Below are positions 1-11,241 of a stretch of DNA of 64,000 bases, piece by piece. Within the stretch, counting starts at the first letter, position 1; each line of letters opens with the position of its first letter. The notes under the pieces are model-generated. The model was not told the origin of the DNA, did not search any database, and saw only the letters and a program-made list of their open reading frames with translations. The position numbers and the translations under genes are program-made. The DNA comes from Eledone cirrhosa (lineage: Eukaryota): contig OZ024740.1 of the NCBI GenBank assembly GCA_964016885.1, positions 316,324,001 through 316,388,000 of the forward strand, read 5' to 3'.

Positions 1-897
1 ACTGAGAGTGAATCTAGCTAAGACAAAAGTGTTGATGAGTAGAAAAGAGGACAAAACCCTGATTCCGTCAGGGAAATGGCCATGTTCGATATGCAGAAAA
101 GGAACTGGCATAAATTCTATAAAATGCACACAATGCAGATCCTGGGTACACAAGAGATGTAGCGGGATAGCAGGCAAACTAACAGGTAGGGAGAAATATG
201 TATGCAGTAGATGTACAGGGAAATTAGACAGTAGAAGTCGCACTGATAGACACATTTTTCAAATGCAAGAGGGCGCTATAGAAGTGGTGGATAGCTTTCG
301 GTACCTAGGAGATCAGATTAGCATGGGAGGAGGTTGTTCCGAGGCCATTGTATCTAGAATAAGGACGGGTTGGAAGAAGTTTAGGGAGATGCTTCCTCTG
401 TTGACGAAGAAGGGTTTCTCCCTGCGTACGAAAGGCCGGTTGTATGATGCCTGTGTGAGGAGCGCGATGCTGCATGGTAGTGTCATGGGCAGCAACTGCA
501 GAGGATATGCGATGGCTGGAGAGAAATGAGGCAAGCATGCTCCGTTGGATGAGCAGTGTAAATGTGCGTGAACGACCCAGCATAAATGTGTTGAGAGAGA
601 AACTGTCTGAGAGGGATAGAATGTAGTGTACGGGAGAGGAGACTGAGGTGGTATGGACATGTGATGCGCATGGAGGATGACCGATGGGTGAAGAAGTGCC
701 AGGAATTGCCAGTTGAAGGAAGACGTGGTAGAGGTAGACCACGAAAAACATGGGCGGAGGTGGTGAGAGCAGACCTCAGATCATTGAAGCTCACGGTGGA
801 GATGACGAGGGACCGTGACGAGTGGAGAGATGCTGTGCTGAATAAGACCTGTCCCACCCTTGCAAGCAGGGAAAAGCGGACGTAAAATGATGATGAT
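1..897 (+). mobile_element. RTE-clade LINE, 3' part (frameshifted), runs off window start
   Basis: ORFs 8..529 and 661..885 give the RT C-terminus (FRYLG, GRPRKTW) plus a Cys/His finger; ends in an (ATG)n tail running into (TA)n. Confidence 0.9.
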
Positions 898-931
898 ATA
901 TATATATACACATGTATATATATATATACAC

Positions 932-994
<63 letters not shown>

Positions 995-1077
995 CACACA
1001 TGTATATATACACATATACACATGTATATATATATACACATGTATATATACATATATACACATGTATATATATATAT

Positions 1078-1115
<38 letters not shown>

Positions 1116-1662
1116 GTATATATACACATATACACATATATATTATATATATATACACACATATATATATATATATATACACACACATATATATATATAC
1201 ACACACACATATATATATATATATATACACACACATATATATATATACACACACACATATATATATATACACACACACATATATATATACACACATATAT
1301 ATATATACACATATATATATATACACATATATATATATATATATACACACACATATATATACACACATATATATATATATATATACACATATATATATAT
1401 ACACATATATATATATATATACACACATATATATATATATATACACATATATATATATACACACATATATATATATATACACACATATATATATATACAC
1501 ATATATATATATACACATATATATATATACACACACATATATATATATACACACATATATATATATACACATATATATATATACACACATATATATATAC
1601 ACATATATATATATATACACATATATATATATATACACATATATATATATATATATATACAC

Positions 1663-1693
<31 letters not shown>

Positions 1694-1820
1694 TATATAT
1701 ACACATATATATATATATATACACATATATATATATACACATACACACGCATGCAAATACAAATAATATAAAATAAACTTTTTATATATATATATATATA
1801 GACACACACACACATACATA
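898..1820. repeat. (TA)n/(CA)n compound microsatellite
   Basis: ~900 bp of TA/CA dinucleotides. Confidence 0.98.
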
Positions 1821-2169
1821 TGCAATTATTCTCCAAAGGAGGAGGGGGGAAAAGGTGTATTGGGTGCATATTTATTTAATGTTTGATTATTTTATGTACA
1901 CTAGTAATTTTATATCTGCTGGATCGGAACTGACTTAGGGTTGAACAAACAGTAAAGATATAGCTATAAAACTTTATATGTGCTTGATGTAACATTAAAA
2001 CTACTGGTGTGGTGGTGATAAGGCACAACAGGAATTGTAAGGAATGAAGGATATAAGATATGGTGTGCTCAATGAATATATATACATATATATACCAGGT
2101 CTGAACATAATGGAACCAAACTCCCACTGTTACTGACTCAGTCTCTCCCCATTTCTCACTATTAAAAGC

Positions 2170-2600
2170 AAATGGGGGTCCACGCGCTGGCATCATCCAG
2201 CTACCAAACGTTGAAAGGTGCAGTGATGTTCCGACCAATGTCATGTATCCCGAGAGCAAAGAGAAGGGGGTCCAAAGGATCACCCTGTTGAACACTATGA
2301 GCATGTTCAGGGCTCCATATGACAAGTAGGCCAGCAGATAGATAGAGGGGGTTCTGCTGAGGCAGGCTTCGACCAGATGGTCATGGCATAGTCAGTTAAA
2401 GGCATTCTTCACGTCAAGCTTGACAATGAGTTGCCAATTCTGGTGGGCAGCTGTTGAAGAACTGCGTAGCTGCATGTGCGCCCCCTCCCCCCAGACACGC
2501 CAACTCCTTGTTCCACCAGTTCAGGAGTGACAGACCTGCAGACCACCTTGGCAGCCAACCTCCAGAAGACATTGCCCACAGCGATGGGGTGTATGCATTT
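2170..2600 (-). pseudogene. Degenerate CRE-like non-LTR reverse transcriptase fragment
   Basis: Minus-strand pieces read HPIAVGNVFWRLAAK, EQGVGVSGG, QQGDPL and xLDD, i.e. RT motifs in CRE-clade order, with frameshifts. Confidence 0.6.
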
Positions 2601-2639
2601 TGGGGAGAGGGGGGGGGGGGGGGGGGGGTGCACGCACAT

Positions 2640-2812
2640 ACAACACACAGACTACAAACTTCATAGTTTCCTCCTACCAAATTCACTCACAAAGTATTGA
2701 TTAACCTGAAGCTATAGAAGAGAACATTGCCCAGGGTGCGACACAGTAGAATTGAACCCAAAACCATGTGGTTGTAAAGTGAATGTCTTAAACAACACAA
2801 CCAAGTCTGTGT
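2640..2812 (-). mobile_element. tRNA-head SINE (CORE-like family), degenerate
   Basis: Reverse complement resembles 3227-3400 (ctgtgtggtt..ggttcaattc..ccctgggcaa). Confidence 0.55.
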
Positions 2813-3226
2813 CTATATTTCTGAGACAGAAACTTCATTTGATATAACTGGAGTTATTTTATTTATGCCGGTCTGATTGGAAGTGAATGAAGTACTGTAA
2901 CATACCTAGTCTGTTTATTGTCTCTATCATGTCCACAGTCTGAAATAATCAGCAACTGAACTAAATATTATCCACAAAAACAAAAACATGTTGTGGAATG
3001 CTTTTGAGAAAAGGACTAACCAATTTTACATTAATGTTAAATTCCAGAAGAAATACTATAATGAAAGACAAATATAGCTTATGAAGTAAAGTTTAATGTA
3101 GCATTCATTATAACTAAAGGAATCAATACTAACACCCAGTGTTTGCTTTTCATCTGCAAATACAATGTAACATTCTATTCAATCAACATTTCAAATATAA
3201 ATAGCACCAAATGACCAGACATATCA

Positions 3227-3400
3227 GGCACAGACATGACTGTGTGGTTAAATAGTTGGCTTCGCAACCATGTGGTTCTTGGTTTAGTCTCACTGTGTGA
3301 CACTTTTAGGCAAATGTCTTCTACACTCAACCTCAGTAGTGACCAATACAATATGAGTAGAATTTGGTAGATAGAAACTGCAGAAGCCTGTCATATACAT
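3227..3400 (+). mobile_element. tRNA-head SINE (CORE-like family)
   Basis: A-box/B-box-like head followed by a gcaaatgtcttcta core; same family as 2640-2812. Confidence 0.55.
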
Positions 3401-4294
3401 ATATGTATAAATACACGTGTAACTTAGTGGTAAAAAAATAAAAAATAAATCGATAAAACAAGTATCATACTTGAAAAAATAAGTATTGGGATCAATATAA
3501 TCGATTAAATCAAGATGGTGTCCAAGCATGACGACAGACTGATGACTGAAACCAGTAAGAATGAAGAGGAAAAGAAAAATGACAACTTCAACTGTTAGTA
3601 ACTAATAAAATGTTCATGCTAGCAATAAGAACTCCATCAACCTCTCTTATGACTTAGAAGAGAGGTAGCATCCATGACCCTTTTCAGAGACCCTGGGACT
3701 GGGGGGGGGGGGGGGGGTATACTGAGACTGGAAATCTGGCCTGGATAATTGTAACAGAGTGGACCCCATTAAAAGGCACCTATAAGCTAGTTGGTGGTGT
3801 TAAACTGGGTAAATGTTGAAGTCTACCACTCCAAAATACATTTCATCTAATCAACATTTCAAATATAATAACTACCAAGAATTTATCCCTTTCGCATTTA
3901 AATCAGCTGTATCCAGCCAGAATTCTTTCACTTCTTGTCATACAAACCAGCTGTAACTGGCTACTCATACCGACGTTAAAATATAAATAACATCAAAATC
4001 TCATAGATTCGATATTATGTGAGATAACCACAAAAATACAATAGTAATGTAAAGGACCTGTCCAACCCATACAAGCGTGGAAAAAGTGACGTAAAAACAA
4101 TGATGATGATGAAGCTCTGAGAAAGAAAAAGAAAAGTTATAGGTAGTCTATGACTCAACTGAACAGTATAACACTTTTTACAGGCTAGAAAACAAAAACA
4201 ATTTTTCATTAAAAGAAAAAAGATATAAATGTTATAGAGATTAGAGTCTACAACACATTGCCATCCATGTGAACTGCCACTAGACCATATTGTG

Positions 4295-4353
<59 letters not shown>

Positions 4354-4415
4354 AGAGAGTTAATAAATGAAACAAAATACATACAACAGGGTGTTTCTGG
4401 AAATTATATATATAT

Positions 4416-4600
4416 AATTGTTTCTACTTTTTGGCACAAGGCCAGCAATTACCCAGTACATTACTGGTACTTTATTTTATCGACCCCGTAAGGATGAAAG
4501 GCAAAGTTAACCTTGGCGGGATTTGAACTCAGACTGTAAAGAAACGTAACTATGCTGGAAAGCATGGCGGCCGACCCTCTACCGATACTGTCAATCCACC
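4416..4600 (-). mobile_element. SINE, Meta-domain-like family
   Basis: Reverse complement of gttcaaatcccgcc..gcctttcatccttacggggtcgataaaataaagtaccag..agaaacaattat, a motif that recurs across the window. Confidence 0.85.
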
Positions 4601-4721
4601 ACATATATATAATGTGCTCTAATAATGACTTTATATATATATATATCATCATCCGTCTAACCCATGCTAGCTTGGAAGATGGACGTTAAACGAAGATGAT
4701 GATGATATATATATATATATA

Positions 4722-4848
4722 TCATCACCGTTTTACGTCCCTTCTTCCACGCTAGCATGGGTTAGACGGGTTGTCCTGTTGTGGGTGGTGTCTGGTCGGC
4801 TGACCATGCCTTGCTCATACAGGAACTGATTTGGCTTGATTTCTACAT
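4722..4848 (-). mobile_element. Short 5'-truncated RTE 3' end
   Basis: Near-identical to ~4895-5020, with (CAT)n tail. Confidence 0.8.
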
Positions 4849-4887
4849 GATGAATGTATATATAGTGTATTGCAAAATACACTATAT

Positions 4888-6664
4888 CATCATCATCATC
4901 ACCGTTTTACGTCCGTTCTTCCACGCTAGCATGGGTTAGACGGGTTGTCCTGTTGTGGGCAGTGTCTGGTCGGCTGACCATGCCTTGCTCATACAGGAAC
5001 TGATCTGGCTTGATTTCTACAGCTGGATGCCCTTCCTAACACCAACCTCATTTACAGTGAGTGCTGGGTGCTTTTTCGTGGCGCCTACACGTCCACTTTA
5101 CAGTGTGGGCTGGGTGCTTTTTTGCCGTGGCACCTCCACGACCACCTTGCGGTGGGGGGGAGTGGGGGCATATTGTTTATATGCTTCAGCATGTACCCAT
5201 GGGAGGTCGGGTACCCTGTATTACTGCGTGACGCCAGAAGTCACGGTCGTGTGTCATTGTCTTTGAGAGGTGTAGTTGGGTAAGGTCGGCTTTTATCACC
5301 TCATCCCAAGTCATCTTGGGTCTCCCCACTCCGCGGTTTCCATCAACTTGTAGTGCTCTGCACCTTTTTATGCAGCTGTCATCCTTCATACGCATCACAT
5401 GTCCATACCAGCGTAACCGCCTCTCCTGCACGCAGCATTTGATTCCTCTTATGCTCAGTCTCTCTCTCAATTCCTTTATGCTTTGTTGTTCACGTATATT
5501 ACTGTTACACATCCATCGGAGCATGCAGGCTTCGTTTCTCTCTAATCTACGTAAGTCTTCCACCTTCAGCGCCCAGGTCTCACTACCATGCAACATCGCT
5601 GTTCGGATACACGCATCATACAGTCTGCCTTTCATTCTGAGGGAGAAGCCTTTTGCAGCTAGCAGTGGTAGTAGTTCCCTAAACTTCTTCCATCCCGTTC
5701 TTACCCTAGTTATTGTACTTTCTGAGCACCCACCTCCGTTGCTAATTCGGTCACCTAGGTAGCAGAAGCTGTCTACTGTTTCTACAGGGCCCTCCCAGAG
5801 ATTGGTGGTACTTGTTTCCTGTGGCTGTTTGCTTGCTGTTTCAGCACAGCTGCTGCATGTGAATCCTACATTCTTAATTAAGCTTCCTGAGATCCCGCTA
5901 CATCTCTTGTGTACCCATTGTTTGCATTTGGGGCAGAGAATGGAGTTCCTACCTACACCTTTCCTACATACTGAGCAAGGCCATTTCCCTGAGGGGATCT
6001 GGGTTCTGTTTTCTCGTCTACTTACAAGGACCTTAGTCTTTGTCATGTTGACTTTGAGGCCCTTTCTCTCTAGTCCCTGCTTCCAGGTTTGGAATTTATT
6101 CTCTAGTTCTACCATAGATTCAGCTATGAGTGCGAGGTCATCAGCATACAGGAGTTCCCATGGGCATCCGGTCTTAAACTCCTCCGTTATTGCCTGCAGG
6201 ACTATGATGAACAGGAGAGGGCTAAGAACAGAGCCCTGGTGGACCCCAACCTGTACGCTAAATTCCTCGCTATACTCATTGCTAATCCTAACTTTGCTGA
6301 CTGCTCCCCTATACATGGCTTGTACCGCTTTCACAAGCCATTCATCTACTCCTAGTTTTCTAAGAGCCCACCAAATTACTGCACGTGGAACTCTGTCAAA
6401 GGCTTTCTCAAGGTCGACAAATGCCAAGTAGAGTGGCTTACTTTTAGCTAGGTAATTGCCTCACAAGGAAGAGGGCATCAGTGGTGCCTCTCCCTGGTAC
6501 AAACCCAAATTGCATCTCGTCTATATTCACCCGGTCCCTAATCAGCTGTGCTATAACTCTTTCTGTTACTTTCATGACCTGGTCCATCAACTTTATACCT
6601 CTATAGTTTCCTCTCAACTTTATACCTCTATAGTTTCCTCTCAACTTTATACCTCTATAGTTTC
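4888..6664 (-). mobile_element. RTE-clade LINE, 5'-truncated; RT ORF 5186..6427 plus frameshifted upstream part
   Basis: FVDLEKAFD, QGSVLSP and YADD motifs; (CAT)n tail at 4888; apparent TSD CTATAT at 4882-4887 and 6665-6670. Confidence 0.95.
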
Positions 6665-6998
6665 CTATATATACATTCATATATATATAGCTATTTCAGA
6701 GCGCCAATTCTAATTTTCAATTTCTGCTTGACCGGCAACCGCTCTGTATAATCAGTTCCTGATTATTACTAGAAATTCTATAAGAATCAAACATTCATGA
6801 TTTTCAGCAAACAGGTGGGGTACTTGGCTTTGATAAGTACCAATCAGTACGAAACATGGCTCTGTCAGCTTTTTCTCCCCGTTTGCTGAAAATTTAAAGT
6901 AAGTGAGACTGTCACTACTCTAAAACAATAGCATAAGGTCTTCGAAATGCTTTTAATTAAGCATACAGTGTATTGCAAAATACACTATATATACATTC

Positions 6999-7010
<12 letters not shown>
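6665..7010 (+). mobile_element. Non-coding ~320-bp retrozyme-like element, family A, copy 1
   Basis: Direct terminal redundancy (ctatatatacattcat at 6665 and 6985); homologous to 44898-45295 and 49968-50190; contains an HHR; its left end (4851-4887) was split off by the RTE insertion. Confidence 0.8.
6826..6870 (+). ncRNA. Type I hammerhead ribozyme, U3-A8 core variant
   Basis: ggct-TTGATAA-gtac(caatca)gtac-GAAA-ca(tggctc)tg-TC-agct; stem I extends over 6800-6893. Confidence 0.85.
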
Positions 7011-7037
<27 letters not shown>

Positions 7038-9640
7038 CCCCACAGCCAGAAATAAATTTCAAAGCATATTACTTGATGCTTTCGATAGTAAGGAAGAGCA
7101 TCTAGAATCGGACAATATAGAGGGACAGTGGGAATTTCTGAAAGCAAACCTGCTGTTGGCGACAGACGAAGTCTGTGGCTGGAGCAGGCCTGTAGGCAGG
7201 AGGAGAGTAACATGGTGGTGGAACAGTAGGGTGGAGGGGTCAATTAAGGCCAAAAAGCAGGCTTGGAAAGTATGGAGGGATGGGGGAAGTAGAGTAGACT
7301 ATCAAGTGGCCAGGAGGGAAGCTAGGAGTGAAGTGTACTTAGCAAGAAGGGAAGCTGAGGAAAGAAAGTTCAAGCATGTTCTACAACGCGATGACCAAAA
7401 ACGTGAGGTGTTCAGGATTGCCAGGCAATGCGTCAAGGAAAACCGTGATATTGTCGGGGAGAAGTGTGTACTTAACGATGATGGCATACTTGCCATCACC
7501 GACACTGATAAGAAGGTAGCTTGGAAGTGTCACTATGAAAGGCTACTAAATGAGGAGAATAAATGGGAGAAAGACAGTCTCCCCCATATCGACCCGATAG
7601 AGGGACCAGCAGTGTTAGTCGAGGGGAGTATAATAAGTAAGGCAATCAAGGATATGAAGACTGGTAAGGCGGCTGGGCCTTCGGAAATAGTTGCTGAGAT
7701 GCTGAAGGCATCTGGCACGGTGGGACACACCATGGTCACCCGCATAGTTAACCAAGTCGTACAGAATGGGGTTGTTCCGAAGGACTGGCATAGCAGCATC
7801 ATCGTTAACTGTTATAAGGGTAAAGGAGACGCCCTAGATAGGAGTAACTATAGAGGCATAAAATTAATCGACCAGGTCATGAAGGTCACGGAAAAAGTAA
7901 TAGCGCAACTAATCAGAGAGAGAATTGATCTAGATGAAATGCAGTTCGGGTTTGTGTCAGGCAAAAGCACCACAGACGCTCTTTTCATAGTACGACAACT
8001 ACAGGAGAAGTACCTAGCTAAAGGTAAACCCCTCTACTTAGCTTTTGTCGACCTGGAGAAAGCCTTCGACAGAGTCCCCCGCTCCATTATCTGGTGGGCT
8101 CTTAGAAAACTAGGCGTTGACGAATGGCTTGTGAGGGCTATACAAGCCATGTATAAAGAAACAGTCAGCAAGGTTAGAATTAACAACGAATATAGTGAAG
8201 AGTTTAGCGTAAAAGTTGGCGTCCATCAGGGCTCTGTTCTCAGCCCCCTACTATTTATTATTGCCCTTCAGGCTATAACAGAGGATTTCAAGACAGGCTG
8301 CCCATGGGAACTCCTATACGCAGACGACCTGACACTCATAGCGGAATCAATGGCCGAGCTAGAGAAGAAATTCCAAACATGGAAGCACGGCCTAGAGTCA
8401 AAAGGACTTAAAATTAACCTGGCTAAGACCAAAGTTCTAGTTTGTAGGAAAGAAAACAAGGCGGCGGTCCCTTCTGGGAAATGGTCGTGCTCGGTATGTA
8501 GGAAAGGCGTAGGTAGAAACTCCATCTTATGTCCTAAATGCAAAGTATGGGTGCATAAAAGATGTAGTGGGATCACAGGTAAGCTAACTAAGAACATAGA
8601 CTTTACATGTGGCCGATGTTCTGGTGCAATAAGTAGCAGCAAGTGCCCACAAAATACTAGCTCTTTCAATTGCGCAGAGGGTTCTATAGAAATAGTGGAC
8701 GGCTTCCGTTACCTGGGCGATAAAATCAGCAGTGGGGGAGGGTGCTCTGAAAGTACTGTAGCTAGAGTCAGAACTGGTTGGAAAAAGTTCAGAGAGCTTA
8801 TACCACTATTAGCTGCTAAAGGGTTCTCCCTAAAAATGAAAGGCAGGTTGTACGATGCCTGCATACGAACAGCAATGTTGCATGGCAGTGAGACCTGGGC
8901 ATTGTGTGCAGAGGATATACGCAGACTAGAGAGGAACGAAGCTTGCATGCTCCGCTGGATGTGTAACAGTAATATACGTGAACGGCAAAGCATAAACGAA
9001 CTAAGGAAAAAATTAGAGATAAGAGGGATCAGATGTTGTTTACTCGAGAGAAGGCTGCGTTGGTATGGACACGTGATGCGCATGAAAGTCGATAGCTGTA
9101 TTACAAAGTGCAGGGCAATAAAGATAGACGGTAGCCACGGAATAGGCAGACCTAGAAAAACATGGGATGAGCTGATAAACTCCGACCTCACACACTTACA
9201 CCTCTCCAAGACAATGTCACTGGACCGTGACCTTTGGCGGTACTCAGTAACAGAGAAGACCCGCCTTGCCAGTAGGCATCTCTAACAAAATACACCCCGT
9301 CCCGCCACCACCCCCACCCCATCCACACCACCCCGTTCTATGTAAAGTTATGTTGGTGCCGCGCCATCCAGGCCGAAACAAATGAGATCGTGTAGGTGTC
9401 ACGACAAAAAAACACACAGTCCACGCTGTAATGTGGCCGTGTAGGCAACACGGTAAAAACCTCCCAGACCCACACTGTAAATGTGGTTGGTGTTAGGAAG
9501 GGCATCCAACTGTAGAAAACCTGCCAGACAGTCCTATGCGAGCAAGACAATCACTCTTGCCTCAAGTGGGACTACCCCCGTCCAAACCCATGCAAGCGTG
9601 GAACACGGACGTTAAACGTTGATGATGATGATGATGATGA
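7038..9640 (+). mobile_element. RTE-clade LINE, 5'-truncated, with uninterrupted ~750-aa RT region (to 9285)
   Basis: Full RT motif set (YKGKGD, NYRGI, QFGF, DLEKAFD, QGSVLSP, YADD, FRYLG); APE domain missing; (GAT)n tail. Confidence 0.96.
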
Positions 9641-10398
9641 TACATATACATATATACACATACATACACACACACAACCGAGTGTCTCTTCTGGAAAAGT
9701 TGTCACTATTCAAATGTGGTAATAAATTTACATGGAAAGAAGATTAAATTAATCAATGGCAGTTAATGTTTTGATTGGGGAAAAGTCTGTGTTATTTTTA
9801 AAATAATGCGTTAATTAAAATAATAAAAATTAACATAAGTTTCAAGCAGTTGTAAAAACTGTCAACATAAACTGTGGCATCTGTACTATTTGCAACTGTA
9901 TACATGGTCCTGTAACTCCTGATGGAGTTGTAGGGTGCCGTATTGACAGTGTTTTGGGGGCATTTTGAAACCTGGCAGAGCCCATCTCTCTCCAGTATTT
10001 GCAACTATACTAGGTTCCAAAAAAGTCAATGATTAATTTTGAAATAACATTTATTTACAAGGAAATTAATGGAGAGCAATTCAAAAGTTATGATACCCAA
10101 TTAAAAACTTAGATATCTAAATATATTCCTTTAAGCTGATATGACCACCAACTGCTTTCATATCTGTTCGAGGGCTGATATTATAGGACTCTTCAGAATA
10201 ACACAGGGCTATAAATTTATATGGGAAGTCTAAGTCTAGTCTAAAGTCTGTCTCAAGCCAGAAGTCTTGTTCGGCTGGTGCTTATCCTGGTTTCATGGCG
10301 TAAAGTGACTGAGAGAACAAGACTTTCCCCTGGATAGATACCATTGCAGAGTTAAACCCCCAGCTATTGCTGGTACATATTTTCAGCTGAGTATAAAC

Positions 10399-10988
10399 GA
10401 ATTGAGAGAGAGACTGAGCATAAGAGGAATCAAATACTGTGTGCAAGAGAGGAGGTTGTGTTGGTATGGACATGTGATGCGTACGAAGGATGACAGCTGC
10501 ATAAAAAGGTGCAGAGCACTAGAAATCAATGGAAGCCGCAGAGTGGGGAGACCCAAGAAGACCTGGGATGAGGTGATAAAAGCCGACCTTACCCAAATGC
10601 ACATCTCAAAGGCGATGACACACGACCACGATCTGACATCATGCAGTAATACAGAAGATCCGACTTCCCATGGGTACAAGCCGAAGCATATAGACAATAT
10701 GCCCCCACCCCCTCCTACTGCAAAGTGGTCGTGGAGGTGCCATGTCAAAAAAGCAACCAGCCCACACTGTAAAGTGGACGTGTCGGCGCCACGGAGAAAA
10801 AGCACCCACCACTCACTGTAAATGAGGTTAGTGCTAGGAAGGGCATCCAGCTGTAGAAATCAAGCCAAAATCAGTTCCTGTATGAGCAAGACAAGGTCAG
10901 CCGACCAGACACTGCCCACAACAGGACAACCCGTCTAACCCATGTTAGTGTGGAAGAACGGACGTAAAACGGTGATGATGATGATGAT
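10399..10988 (+). mobile_element. RTE 3' fragment, same family as 4888-6664
   Basis: RRLCWYGHVMR and GRPKKTW; 3' UTR and (GAT)n tail match the minus-strand copy. Confidence 0.92.
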
Positions 10989-11020
10989 ATACTGGAGCAA
11001 TGTGAAATGAAGTGTTTTGC

Positions 11021-11241
11021 TTAACTCTTTAATGTTCAAACCGGCCAAAACCGGCCAGAATTCTCTACCTTTTTCTGTTGAATCTGGCTGTAAGTGGTCA
11101 CTCAAACTGATAAGGTATTGTTCTCAAAATAAATACTTTCAAAATCTCATAGATTCGATATTATGTGAGATATGTGAGGTAAAGCCTTTACCATGAAAAT
11201 ATAATAGTATATATAGAGTAAAGTGAATGCTAAAGGGTTAA
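11021..11241. mobile_element. piggyBac-like MITE
   Basis: TTAA at both ends; TIR-like ctctttaatgttc / gaatgctaaaggg; related to 30218-30419 and ~3885-4050. Confidence 0.7.

Noticed and set aside
781-1869. Long YI/CV/HT-repeat ORFs (also at ~44.2, 45.3, 49.6-49.9 and 51-52 kb)
   Set aside because: Translations of (TA)n/(CA)n microsatellites, which lack stop codons
2906-2939. 34-nt minus-strand segment flanked by tttcag and gtatgt (possible PRELID3 exon)
   Set aside because: Does not encode the expected HPWE..KYPNP and gives a stop in the exon 1 frame; could be chance or a poison exon, no support
5316-6431. Antisense ORFs over RTE and PLE coding regions
   Set aside because: Shadow frames of retroelement ORFs with no recognisable motifs
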